Assembly: GCF_036321535.1 (NCBI RefSeq)
Contig: NC_087453.1
Coordinates: 46,996,001-47,060,000, forward strand
Direction of reading: 5' to 3'
Origin: Camelus dromedarius
Lineage: Eukaryota
DNA length: 64,000 bases
Below the pieces are notes generated by a model, which did no database searches, was not told where the DNA came from, and saw nothing but the letters and a program-made list of their open reading frames with translations. This document shows, one piece after another, positions 26,701 to 38,839 of this stretch (positions within the stretch are counted from its first letter, which is position 1; each line of letters begins with the position of its first letter). The position numbers and the translations under genes are program-made.

Positions 26701-28674
26701 ACCCGCACACGGAATCCACACAAGAAGGCAGTGGAGAGAGGAGCCCAGGGGAGGCCAGGCCCGGCTGTTGGTGTATTTGTTCTCCCAGAGTGAGGGGGAG
26801 AGGCTGGGAGGACACAGGTCACAAAGAGGACGTCACAGTGACCAGCTCCCTGCCCGGAGGGAGTAGAGTGGGTGGAGGCTGCTGGAAGTGGCCCGGAGCC
26901 CCAGGGCATCCCACCTGCCCCCCTCCTTACTGAGATAGCTGAGGCCTGCTTCCCCTCCCCGGCCCCGCCCCAAGCCTGCTCCTCTGTACCTTTTATAATC
27001 TAATTTCACAATCCTCCGAGGGGTTCACCACAGCCCAGTCTTACAGATGAAGAAGCAGACCCGGAAGGTGAAGCCACAGCCAAGCCACAGAGGACAGGCG
27101 CCCCTGCCCCTCAGTGAGAGCAGACTGACCTGCCTGGGTGTCCCGACCCCGCCTGGCCACTGTCATGGAGCCCGCCGGGCACCCTAGGCTTGGGTCCCCA
27201 CTGCTGCGGGGCCTCCAGGCCCCCCTTCACTCCCGGGAGCAGTGGCACCCCACCTCAGACGTCCAGTCCGGGCCTCACGGTATGAGCGGTGGTCTTGACC
27301 AGACTGGTGGGCGGTCTGTGCAGGCCTGGAGGGGCTGTGCTCCAGGAGGGGCCGGGAAGTCCATGGGGGCGGGGGCCGCCGTGAGAAGGCAGGACGGAGG
27401 AGAGGACTAAAAGGCGCCGCTGAAGGAGAGGTAATACAGTGGCTGCTCTCAGGCTGTCTTCTGGCCGTGTACTTGCCGCTTGCTTTTAAAACGCTCAGCA
27501 CATCCGCCCGACTGGACACTGCGCCCAGCCCCGGGCCCCCTGCTGCAGTCACAGTCAGAGTTACAGCTGGAGCTGGAGCTGGAGTCACAGTCAGAGTTAG
27601 AGCTGGAGATGCTGATTTTTCCTGTTTGTTGACCTCACTCTGGCAATTGAGATTGACAATCATGTTTGGGTTCTGAGTCATTCCTCTAGGAAGGGGGTCA
27701 CCGGACGACAACCTCAGGAGAGTGACCAGACCCTCCGAAGTCCCTCCTGGTGCCTAGTGAGTCTGAGCAGATAAAGAAGGTCGTGGGTGGATGACCCTCC
27801 AGGCCCCCGAACACGATGGTGGGCAGACTGGCCGGGGTTCAGGAGGGAGCGTCACCACAGACTCCTGTTGACAGATAGCACCCTTCACTCTCCAGCTTGT
27901 TCACTGTGCGATCACTGAGCCCTAAGACGGGCCCACAGCTCTGAAGCCACGACTCTGCCGTGAGTCTCCTTTGCCCGGCAAGGTGACAAAGTGGCCTCTT
28001 TTCTTCTAAGCTCCAAGGTCCAGGCTCTGAGTTCTCTGGCTAGTCAGGGCCGGGGGCCGAACTTTCAGCAACACAGCAGCCAGGAAACGCCTGTCTCCAG
28101 ACCCCGCAGCCTCGTGAGCAGAGCCTTCCTGCCTGCAGTGTAAGGCAGTCTCCTTTCCTGCGTGTTTTCCCCGGGAGCAATGGATCCAGAGGTCCCAAGC
28201 CTGGTTGGCAACAGCAAACCAGGAAGCTGTGCAGCTCTCCGAGGGCCCCCGAGGCACCCCTGTCATCCCACCCACACACAACCGGCCACAGGCTGATCTG
28301 AGATGAAGCCCGTCCACTCTGCCCCACGACTGCTCCTGCCGTGGCCCTCCTTCCAGGTTCCGCCCTGAGCCAGGAGGCCAGGTTTGCTGGGCTCTTGGGA
28401 AAGATGCTCCCTCCTTCTTAAGAACCAGCTCCTGTCTTCCTCTGGGTGACGGGACAGCAGAGGAGAAGGTGGCCTGGGTCCAGGCAGGTGGGAGGGGTCG
28501 AGGTGCAGGCCTCTTTCTTCCCATACTTGGCCCATGAGGCTCTGCCTGGGGCAGGCCTTTCTCACTCGGTGCTCTGTGCACCAGCCAGGAAGAGGAGCCC
28601 AGTGGTGGTGGGAAGGGCTCCCAGGCCTAGTATTTATTCCACACGAGGGCCTGTGCTCACTCCTGCACACCCCT

Positions 28675-28742
28675 CGTCCCTCCATCCGTCCATCCGTCCA
28701 CCCGCTCACTCATCCCTCATCCGTCCATCCGTCCACCCGCAC
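28675..28742. repeat. (TCCA/TCCG)n low-complexity repeat
   Basis: tccatccgtccatccgtccacccg repeated. Confidence 0.75.
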
Positions 28743-28754
28743 TGCTGTTTGGAG

Positions 28755-28990
28755 GTGTGACTGGCACTCACTCAGCTGCACAATCTGATGAGCTTTGACA
28801 CGCGACTCACGCCTGCAGGCATCACTACCACCCGCATAGTGAGCACCTGTGTCGCCCACAGCCCCTCGTGCCCCCTGCATTCCCTCGCTCCCGCCCTCAC
28901 TCCGCGGTGTACCCAGGCCTGTGTTTCCTCTGGTTCCGTGTTATGACCAGGCCCCATCTCCCGTTCTTTTACTGACGAGAGCGGGGCCGT
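28755..28990 (-). mobile_element. Old L1M 3' fragment, strongly GC-shifted
   Basis: caatctgatgagctttgacac, atcactaccacc, atagtgagcac correspond to the L1MB/MC terminal motif. Confidence 0.5.
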
Positions 28991-29219
28991 GTTTTTCACT
29001 GTCCCATGAACACCGCCAGTGACGCACCCTCACTCCATGGCAACACCGGGCTCCTATTCCCTCCCACCCCCGGCTGTACCCGGCAGCACCTTTTCCCTAT
29101 TATCCCGCGGAAGTGAGTCGGTCTCTGCTTCCCCTTGTCCTGTGGACGTGACTGGCCAGGGCCTCTGGTTCCGCGCTGCGCCGCAGGCACGACCGAGCCC
29201 CTGCTGTGAGCTGGCGAGA

Positions 29220-29950
29220 AATAGACCTCCCGGTCTTCGCACCCGATTCCAGGCACAGGGCTCCCAGAACCCTCGCAGCTTCCTGGGTGACAGGAGTGTC
29301 TCCCATTCTGATCAGGTGACTCTCCGTGGCTTCTGGGTGGGGGCTGGTCACCAGAAGGGCCAGGCCACGACTGGGATTCTGGGAGTTTTAGTCCCCCCCA
29401 CCCTTTTCTCTTGAGAAGGGAGAAGGGCTGAAAATGGGGTTGACGATCAGTCATGTCTACGTGACGAAGCTGTCATAAAATTCCCAAAGTGTGGGGTTCG
29501 GGGACCACGGGGCAGCTGGGAGAGTGTGCAGGGGGCAGGCAGGCTCTGCCCCTCTTCCCACCCCTGCGCCACGCCCGTGTCCCTCTGGACGGCCACCTGT
29601 GTCCTCTAACAGATCCTTTCATCACAAACCAGTGGTGAACCTACGTGCTCCCCGAGTTCTGTGAGCCTCTCTAGCGGACGCAGTGACCCCACGGAGCGGG
29701 TGGTGGGGACCTCTGATCTCCAGTGTGTCGGTCAGAGCACAGGTCACAAGCTGGACTTGCCATTGTCCTCGGAAGCGGGGGAGGCTGGTGGGACTGGGCC
29801 TTACCTGTGGGGTCTGACACCATCTCCAGTAGAACTGAGTTGAATCGCAAGACGTCCGGCCGGGGTCGCAGAGGGTCTGCTGTGGTGAGGAGCCCCCTCC
29901 TGTTTGGTGACCAGAGTGTCATAGAGCGTGTCCAGTGGCAGCAGTCAAGG
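29220..29950 (+). mobile_element. MER21-like LTR
   Basis: ccgagttctgtgagcctctctagc, ggtcagagcacaggtcacaagctggacttgc, tgtggggtctgacaccatctccag, aactgagttgaat match the recalled MER21 consensus. Confidence 0.75.
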
Positions 29951-31099
29951 AGACCCAGGGGAGAGAGACCCGCAGGGCAGAGCTGGGTTTTCCCCACACG
30001 GGTGGAAAGCTGACTTTTCCTTTTCGCCTGTGTCCCCCTTTCCAAGGAAACGTCCAGAGACCTTTCTCCCTAATTCCGTGAACATGTCCAGGCTCCCCGT
30101 TCGCCTGTCAAAGGGTGTGGTCAGTCCCCTTCTGCTCACTGCAGGGACTTAACCAGGCATGTCCCCTCCTTCCCGGATGTGGCCGAGTCCTCACTCCTCT
30201 CACTACGGGAGCCCGGGGGCTCCACTGTCCGCGACTCCACGAAGAAATCAGGCCTCATACCTTCCCTTCCTGGGGACTTTATCAGTCTCAGTATTCGTCC
30301 CTTAATTCATGGACACAGGCCCCTATGTCCACCAAGTTTTGTGGACGTGGCGGCCTCAGTCCCTTCTTAGCTTATGGACATTGAATTGCCGCCTGTCCCT
30401 GCAGCGTGTTCTGGACAACAGGCGGGTCATTTCCCTTATTCCATGACCTTCGTCACTGCCGGCTTCCCTCCTTCCGTGGACCCATCCAGCCCCCCTCCCC
30501 CATTTTCCCCTAAACTGTGGGAATGAGTCTTCCTACTCTGTCTCCCTCCGATGCAGGGACAGAGCACTGCTCCTGTGGACATCACCGGCCCTGTTCCTCA
30601 CTCCCCGTGGACGAGACCAGGATGCCCGGTTCCACCCTTACTCTTGGACAGAAACAGCCGTTTTCCCCTTAGTCCATGGATACAGCCAGGACACCTGTTC
30701 CTCCCTTAGCGATGGAGTTGGTGAGGCCGCCCATTTCCTCCCATTTCCTCTCGCTTCCACGGATGTGTTCGTTCCCCTTCTTGCTTTCCCGAGACGTGAC
30801 CAGGGCCCTGCTCTCCCCTTGTCCTGTGGGAGTCAGCCCTCTGATTCCCCCAGTCACGGTGTGGCAGCCGAGACAATGCCCCCCGCAAGACACCCCAACC
30901 CCAACCCCGAGAACCTGCGAACGGCACCCTAAGAGCAAGGTGGTGAAGTGCGCAGACCATCGTGGGTTTTCCAGATGGGCCCTGAGTGCCGTCCGACATC
31001 CGCACAAGAGGAAGGCAGACAGAAAAGGAGGCCACGTGACCACAGAGGCAGAGTCTGGCTGACGAGGCCACAGGCCAAGGATGCCCATCAAACCCTCGT

Positions 31100-31453
31100 C
31101 CCGCGTCTGCTTTCCTCATTAAAGGGAGGAGCACGGCGGCCAGAAGTAAAGAACATCTGTTTGAAGATACAGGTGACCGCCGCCCTCCCTGGACCCAGAG
31201 CTGGGCTCCGCCGTGAGCAGACTCCCTTCCCCAGCACCTGGCCACGCGGACGCGCCGTGTGCAGGCTCGTCATTTTGGAAACCTTGAAGGAGGTCGCCCT
31301 GACTTGTTTGATGTTCTGTGTTCTGATAAGGCGTGAAACTGCTGAAAACCAGGCTTCTCCAGAGCAGCTCCTCGGAGCTACAGTCCTCATTTCGGCTCGA
31401 ATAAAACTCTCTTCTGTTCTGATTACAGGCTGGTTACTGACTGTTTGCACAGA
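31100..31453 (+). mobile_element. ERV1-type LTR (U3/R/U5 end with AATAAA)
   Basis: ctcggagctacagtcctcatttcggctcgAATAAAactctcttct ... tttgcacagaca; LTR-like R/U5 architecture; left boundary uncertain. Confidence 0.55.
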
Positions 31454-31689
31454 CAGTGTCATGCCATCAACTGATCTGCAACTTGATCCACAGTTGGTCA
31501 ACTGCCCCACAACTGCCCTTTCTCTGGAGCAGAACCCATTTAGGATCCCACCTTGCTGAGAGTTTTAAAAGTCGGGGGAGCTCTTATGGGCTTCCGGGCA
31601 CAAGTGATGAGGTTCGGGGCACGCTTCCCCCAAATACGGCACCTTGGCTTCTCCAGTGTCTTAAGGTGGGGGAGTTTGAGAAGACGGCA

Positions 31690-32108
31690 GAAGCAGGGAT
31701 GTCCCTCTGACCTCCCCGCTCCCTTCTACCCTGAAGCAGGAGTCAAATGTCCCAAGTGAAGGGTGCCCTCTCTGGACCAGGAGGGCAGAGGATGCCCTGG
31801 TGAGCAGAGATGGCGATTCAGGGCCAAGAAGGCGGCGTAGACACACCTGCTGCCCCTTCACCCCAACCACACCGAGCCCAGCCCTCTGCTCACTCTTCAC
31901 AGGTTTGCTGTGTGTTTGCTGCAAGGTATAAAAGCTCCCTGCTCTGGTCACTTCTTTGCGTCTTCATCCTCTTTGAAAGCTCCCACGTACATGTCCAAGG
32001 TCAGTAACTTTACATGCTTGTCTCCTATTAATCCACCTTCTGTCAGTCTAATTCTTAGGCCGAGACAGAGACCCAAAGAGGGGAGAAGAAATTCCCCTCC
32101 CCTACTAG
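31690..32108 (+). mobile_element. ERV1-type solo LTR with TATA box, in sense upstream of CSTL1
   Basis: ggTATAAAAgctccc at about 31927, then tgcttgtctcctattaatc-ccttctgtcagtctaatt-aggcc ... cccaaagagggagaagaaattcccctccccta, a typical ERV1 LTR 3' end. Confidence 0.6.
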
Positions 32109-32811
32109 TCTTCAGGGCTTCATTTCTGAGTGAGGCCCACAACTCAGTCCTCCCTCACTGAGAGGCCAGGGCTACTTCACAATGCTCTGCGGGGCCACAC
32201 CTAGATGGCAAGACCTAGCGGGGGGGCCTGCGGGCACAGTGGGATCCAGGAGACAGAACTCAGCAGTGAGTGGGGGCAGAGAACCAGTCTCTAGGAGAAG
32301 CACGGGGAAGGGTTGATGACGGGGCTGGACAGTTGAAACCCACCATAGGTAAGTGGAACGTATCACTCCCTGTTCCGTGTCCCTGATGCCTCGCATCCCA
32401 GTTCAAATATCATCTTCTCTGTAAGCCTTCCCCGAGGCCCACCAATGGCACTTCTCTGTCCGATCACCTGTGGGGTCTGTCCTGGGGGCCGTCTTCCTCA
32501 CCAGGTATAGCGGCAGGGAGAGGGTCTTGCCTGCTTGGCAGGTGTTTAGAAGTGACACCTGCTGGAATCACGGGAGAGCCCAGTGGGTGTGAAAGGAGGG
32601 TCGGGCCTCCATGCAGGGAGATTACCCCGGTGCATCCTTCGGTCAGATCGTGGGGCCCCCGGAAGGAAGGGGTGTCAGCCTCTGTTTAACCGCAGGCAGG
32701 GTCTCCGGGGCAGCCGGTGTTGGCTGGCGAGGGCTGCGGGCGGGGACAGCAGTCAGCGGACGCGCCGGCCCCTTTCTACCTGGAAGGCACTGCGGTGAGG
32801 AGGCCACAGAG

Positions 32812-33030
32812 ATGGGAGCCGGACGCGGGGGGCACCCTCTGCTGCTGCTGGTGGCCCTGGCCCTGGCGGCCAGGCTGGGCCAGCCTCAGAGGTGGGGCGG
32901 CTTCCAGGAGAAGTCCACGAGCGCGAAGAACATGAACTCCACGCTGGCCTTCTACATGGACGCCTACAACAACAAGAGCAACGACTCCTACCTGTTCCGC
33001 GTGGACAAGCTGCTCCGAAGTCAGGTGCAG
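32812..33030 (+). CDS. CSTL1: CSTL1 (cystatin-like 1) first coding exon
   Basis: 219 bp, MGAGRGGHPLLLLVALALAARLGQPQRWGGFQEKSTSAKNMNSTLAFYMDAYNNKSNDSYLFRVDKLLRSQVQ; signal peptide; resembles CSTL1 (QRW-GFQ-K, KNMNSTL, YNN-SND-YL); CAG|GTGAGC donor; syntenic with NAPB. Confidence 0.93.
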
Positions 33031-35296
33031 GTGAGCGGCCGGGCTCCCGCCGCCAGGACGGGAGGACCCTGCAGGGAGGCCCAGCCCCGGAGCTGCCTGA
33101 GCACCGAGGGGCCGGCCGAGGCCGGGGGCCGGACTGTCACTCTCGTCTGAGCAGACATGTCCCCTGAGCTTCGCAGCTGCTCTTCCAGGGCTCGACTTGT
33201 CTTTCGTTCTGAAATGAGGTCCTGCCGAGGGACAGCCAGACAGGAGGGTTTTGTTTCCTTCGTTCGTCTCATTTGGCAAAATACAAACGTTCTCTGCAGG
33301 CCCCCCTCAGCCGTGGTTTTCCACATCCAGGGCTGGAACATCCGCGCGGGGACTTTCTGGCCGTGTCCCTTGGAAATCTGGGCTTACACAGAGGGCCTCC
33401 AGCCATGTTATGCGGGAGCCGGGAATTACCAAGGGGTTCTGGGGAGCAGGGGATCACAGGGCAGGGACAGGCTCCAACCAGATCATCTCTCCTTCTGTTT
33501 TACGTACAAAGCTTCTCTGAAGGATAGTGTTTGAAGGATAACAGAGGAAAGAAAAGCTGTTCAAAAGCCACTTTTGTTTGGTCCAACCTGCCCTCAAGTT
33601 TAGACAGTAAACCATATATTAGAGCAGAGGCAATAACACAGCTTCATTCAGTTAACTGGATTTGGAAAGATCACCTGGCTGGGAGAAAAGGGCCTGGCCT
33701 GAGAGCAGGGAAGTGGACACAGAGAGCAGCAGAGGGGGTGGGCGGTGCCCGTGTGACACTGGTGGGCCTCACGGGGTGTGCACGGCAGCCTGTCCTGAGC
33801 CCCCGCTCCTGCTCAGGCGGGCCAGGGACACTGAGGACACTTGGCCACAAGGTGGCGGCCGTCCACCGACGTTCTGCCCGGGTTGGCATCTCCAGGGGCC
33901 CGCCGTGTGGACTGGGTCCATCACTAACAGCACCTAAGGCGGCTGCTTATAAGCAGCTTCTGATGCCGCTCAGGCCGATCAGCGGTCAGAGGGGATGTGC
34001 CCCTTGCAGCGGGGTGACCCACTGCCGTGATTGTTCCTGTTCCTGTTTAGCGGCCAGTCTAACAACGAGGCAGCAGACAGCTGGCACGCTGAAACGTCAG
34101 TGAAATCCACACCGATGCTCCGGCTTCCGTGTATGTGCGGGTCGCACGTGCTGACGTCAGTGTGGACCTCTTGGTCTGAGCCTTGCAGGCCGGATGGAAC
34201 TACCCTTGGATGGAGAGCCGGGCCCTGGTCCTGAGGTCTTTCTGGTGGACGCAGGACCAGGCTGGCGGTCCTGCCCTCAGGCCCCTCCCCCACATGCTCT
34301 GTCTCGAGGTTTCTGGGGCTCTGTCCGCACCCTCTGTCGCCACCACAGAGAGTGCCTGGCCTCCTCGCTGGTTCGACCACTGAGTCTGGGACAAGGCAGC
34401 GGGGCCCTCCCCCGAGCCTCTCCCCTCGCCAGGTGGATGATCCAGCGCACCCGCTCACGTGGGGTCCATCTGTTGGCCTGTTCCTCCTGGGTTTGGGGCT
34501 TCCGGCCACAGGGGGCCTCCCCAGTCTTTCCCCATCTAGTCCTGGCAGCCTGGCACTTGGACGTGGGAACAGGAACCAGCCCCCTGGGCCTGCACTCTCC
34601 GCGGGTGTGTGCACGCCTGGGGAGGAATTGGTGCCACGCCACCCATTTTCTAGGGAAGAGAACTGAGACCCAGGAGGTGGATGGACCTGTTCCCGGGCCC
34701 AGGGCCAGGGGGAGTTCCTCCGTCTCCTGTTCTCCCCCACACCACTCACGCTGCCTCAGAGTGCCTTCCTGCGATTGGCTAAAACATGTCCTCATTCGTG
34801 GTCGTTGAGCTAATCAACAATTTGTTTTGTGTGTTCAGTGGGTGCACACCTGGGCAGGCACTGGGTGAGGAGGAGCGCGTGAGGCGCACGGCCGCAGGGG
34901 TCCGGGAGGGGGTGGGGTGTGTGCTCAGGTCAGCCCGGTCCCTACACCCAGGCCGTCAGCTGAGGTGCCAGCTGCTCGGCCGTCAGGTCAGGTGTGGCAG
35001 GAAGGACAGCAGGGAGGGGGGACAAGGTCGTGGTTCCACGCGTCTTGAGGACCATGCGTGCAGGCCAGGGCTACGATGGGTCCCGAGGATGCAGGAGACG
35101 GTGAGAAGCCACCTGTGGCTGCAGCGGTGCGCTGGTCCAGAGCAAGGGACAGCTCCGCACGCTCTGGGCGCTGATGGGGCCTCGGCTGCCACCACGCATC
35201 CTCCCGCCAGGAGGGGAGGAGGGTGAGCCCCGGGACTCCTGGGCTTCCCTCTCGTCCCAGCTCCGGGGTCAGAACTATCAGCTCTTTTCTGGGCAG

Positions 35297-35410
35297 CTGA
35301 CCACAGGAGTGGAGTACCTGGTCACCGTGAGGATCAGCCGGACCAAGTGCAAGAGGAACGACACAGGCACCCGCCCCTGCCCCGTCCAGAGCAAGAATAA
35401 GCTGAAGAAG
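35297..35410 (+). CDS. CSTL1: CSTL1 second coding exon
   Basis: 114 bp, LTTGVEYLVTVRISRTKCKRNDTGTRPCPVQSKNKLKK; first disulfide pair; gggcag acceptor and GTACAC donor. Confidence 0.93.
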
Positions 35411-36077
35411 GTACACCCGCCTGCCCACCCGGGAGCAGGGTCTGGAGCGGAGTGGATGGGGTGGCTGGGGCGGGGCGAGGGCACGGCCCCAGGGCTGGCA
35501 TGGGGGGAGGGGGCATGAGGAGGGAAGCCCTCTGACTGGGCCTCGCCCCACCGTGGGCGGCGCTGCGCTGGCCCCAGCCTCCGGCTGCCAGTCCTCGCCC
35601 ACCTGGCCCTCTCCCCAGCCCTCAGGCGGGAGCAGAGCTTACTACCCTCAGGGACCTTCTCTGGGTCTTGGTCAGCACCCCCAGGTCCCTGTGGATTGTC
35701 CAGTCGCCTCCCTATCTCCCAGCCTTTGCCCTCTTCCTGGTCCCTCCTGGTGGCACCCCCTGCCAGCTGGCAGGCCCAAAGGGCTCTCCCTGTCCCCAGG
35801 TGCAGGGGTGCCTCTCGGGGGACGCCTGCTCCGGCTCCTGAGTGGCTGGGCAGGGGAACCCAGGACGACATTCCTGTCCTGGCTGACAGCCCCCCTCGCC
35901 CCAGCATGTGACAGTGAGCAGATCCGGCCTTGCCCACGTGGTCACGTGGTCGTGTGGTCAGTGACCAGCCTCAGCAGTGGGTCCGGACACACCCAGACTG
36001 CGGTGGGGGGTGGGGACTTCTGTCGCCTTTGGAAAACGTTCCCCTGAGGACTGATGGTCTGTCTTCTCTCTCCTCAG

Positions 36078-36161
36078 AGTTTCATTTGCGACTTTTTGGT
36101 GTACACTTTGCCCTGGCTGAACCATTACCAGCTTTGGAACAACTCCTGTCTGGAGGCCTAA
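36078..36161 (+). CDS. CSTL1: CSTL1 last coding exon (total 138 aa)
   Basis: After a polypyrimidine tract and cag: SFICDFLVYTLPWLNHYQLWNNSCLEA*, with the PW motif and second Cys pair; TAA at 36159-36161. Confidence 0.93.
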   Translation, partial: SFICDFLVYTLPWLNHYQLWNNSCLEA

Positions 36162-37899
36162 GTGCATTTGTGCAAAATCTTTGATGAACCTCAGACGGCA
36201 GAGCCGTGTGCTGTTTATTGTGGAATCTGAAAGGCCCTGTGTGCCTGGTCAGGGTCTCCGCACCCAGTCACACTCGCACCCGGAGGCACGCTCACACACG
36301 CCCTCACGCGCGGGCCCCCAGGGCACCCACACACTCAGCACACATTCAGGGGTCTTTAGGCGGCTGCTGCAGTTTGAGCAGGAGGTTGCTAACTCTTTGG
36401 GGGGCCTGCTAACTTTCCCACCTCCAGCCCGTATCTCTGAGGCTGTTCCCGATTCAGGCACGTCCTGACTCTGGCCTGACCTTGGAGAGCCCCGTTTCTC
36501 CCCCGCACACGTTCAGCTCTGTGACTGACTCCCAGGACCTGGCAGGCGCAGGGTCGTACTCAGGGCTGTGACTTACCGCGGTGAAGGACGCAGACAAACT
36601 GAGCAAAGGGAGGAGGCCAGCGGGGAGGAGATGTCCGGGGCACAGCATGGGGTTCTGGGTCCCCTCCCGGGGCAGCCACCCAGGACGCGCCTCAGTCCTC
36701 CAGGGGTCAGGTGAAATGTTTGCCAGGGAGGCTCCTGGGGGCTCAGTGTCCCGGGGTTTCCCTGGAGCTGCTCACACAGGCACCCTCTGTCCAGCGTGGA
36801 CCGAAATGTCAGGTTCTGAAAGGAAAGCAGGTGCTGAGCATCAGTCCTGGTGTTTGCGCAGCATGGACCCAGTGAGGCCCTGATCGCTTAGGGGAAGATT
36901 TAGAGCCACATCAGGAACTGTTTACCATCCTGGCTCCCGGGTTCCGGCCAAGGCCAACTGTGCAAGCAGGCCTCTCCGAGGACCCGGTCTTGGGCCGGCT
37001 GCGGGATCTCTCCTTGAGCCTCACACATGCTCACCGCTGGTGGCATCTTCCCTCACATAACTCATAGTCTGGCAGAAAAGATGCACCCTGGACCACAAAT
37101 GGGGAGCGGCTGTGGGCTGTGAGCTGCCCCCAGACCAGCTGGTCCCTCCCCGGGGACCGGTCCCACCAGCACAGTCAGACCAGCCACCTGAGAGAGAGTT
37201 TCCAAAGGGGAGGAGTGGACACCGCAGGAAGCGCAGGTCTCCCCGCGAGCCCTGGGGCAGAGGGGAGGATGGAGGGAAGGGGTCAAAGGTGGTGAAATTC
37301 TCCTGCCAGCAATACAGAAGCACCCAGCTCTGAAAGTCTGATGTCGCTGGGGGCTGCCTGTGCCCGCATGGCCTGCCACCCCCACTGCCTCCCTCGATCC
37401 ACATGACAAGGGCTGTGTAGGTTTCCCTCTGGTGAGCCTACTGTGACTTACCATCCATTCTACTGGGGGCCGGCCTGCAGCTAGTTTCCAGCTTTTGACA
37501 AGAAAAGCATTAAGAACAAACCTGCGTGGTCCCGTCTGAGGGGGGACAGGCGCACGCGTCTCCGCTGGGACGGCTCTGAGAGTGGAGTCGTGTGTGTGTT
37601 CAGCCTTCAGCTAATTTACTCAAAACCTTTGAACATTTTCTAATCGTTTATTTGATTTATGTCTGTAAATTACTTCATTATTGATTGACATCTGCTCAAA
37701 GTCTGACTTCTTTTTTTGTCTTTTATTCATATGGCTTCATTTCTGTCTTTATTTTATGCAGTTTTATATTGACACTGTCACCTTTTTCATACCATTTTCC
37801 CAAACTTTATGACTGCTTTGAGTTTTCAAGGCGAACTCTCCCCTCCCCACCCCACCCACCCACCCTGCGTTTTCATAAACGCAACTAGGAAGGCAGGTC

Positions 37900-38245
37900 T
37901 GAGGCAGGCACCTGTGACAGGAGTGGGGAGGCAGGCCCTGACCTCTAAGAGACCAAGACAGGTCTCCTTATCAGAGAGAGACAGAGAGGGCTTGGTAGAG
38001 ACGCGTGGAGGATGAGGCACGTGGAGACGGAGGCACCGATGGGGTCGTGTGACCACAGCCCGCAGCGCCAGTGGCCACCAGAGACGGGAGGAGGCAAGGA
38101 ACAGATTCCAGCCCAGAGCCTCCGGGAGGAGCCAGGCCCGGCCGACACCTCTGATCTCAGGCTCACGGCCCCAGAACTGTGGGAAACACATTTCCACAGC
38201 TTCAAGCCACCAAGCTGGTCGCTTGTTACAGCAGCTGCAGCAGCT
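37900..38245 (+). mobile_element. MLT1 (MaLR) LTR
   Basis: gaggcaaggaacagattc-cccagagcctcc-ggaggagc-ggcccggccgacacct-gatc-ccagaactgtgggaaa-acatttc-ttcaagccacc-ttgttacagcagc. Confidence 0.8.
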
Positions 38246-38839
38246 CATGCCCTGGGTCTTCTTCTTGCTTCGTCCACCTCAGACTTGGGGGTGAAGAAGC
38301 TGCTAGCATTTTGTCTAACATGTAGACAAAGATGCCCCAACCAGAGCTCGCTCTCTGCCGTCCGAGGGCCCGGAGAGGGGCGGCCCCGCAGGACAGGAAA
38401 CACTGGGGCAGCAACGGCTGTGCTCCAGCCAGCGCTGCAGGAGGAGGGGAGGGTCCACGGCCCCGGCCAAGCCAAGGCCGAGCCGGGCGCCTGGGCTTTA
38501 GCCCCTCGGGACCGCGACCAGGAGCCTGACACCACGTGGGTGAGGTGTCAGAGACGGCCGGCAGGACTGCCATCCCCGCTGGGGGCCACCAGCCCCCCCA
38601 CCGCCTGTGCGGATAGAGAAGCCTCCTGGAGAGTCTGGAGTTTGGTTTCTCCCCATGGCGGGGGTATCAGAGGAGGCAGCGGGGAGCACAGGCCTGGGGG
38701 ATCCCAAACTCCACCCATGTCCAGTGTGGTGGGAGCCCCAGCCTGGGTCAACAAGCCACGGGGGACCTGGGCTCCCCCAACCCTTCCCACCAGGGCCCTG
38801 TCAGAGGGGCTTGCTAGGAGAGAGAGAAGGACGATCCAG

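Noticed and set aside
32611-33150. 179-aa ORF as a single-exon gene
   Set aside because: Only 32812-33030 is the CSTL1 exon; the rest is upstream sequence and intron read-through.
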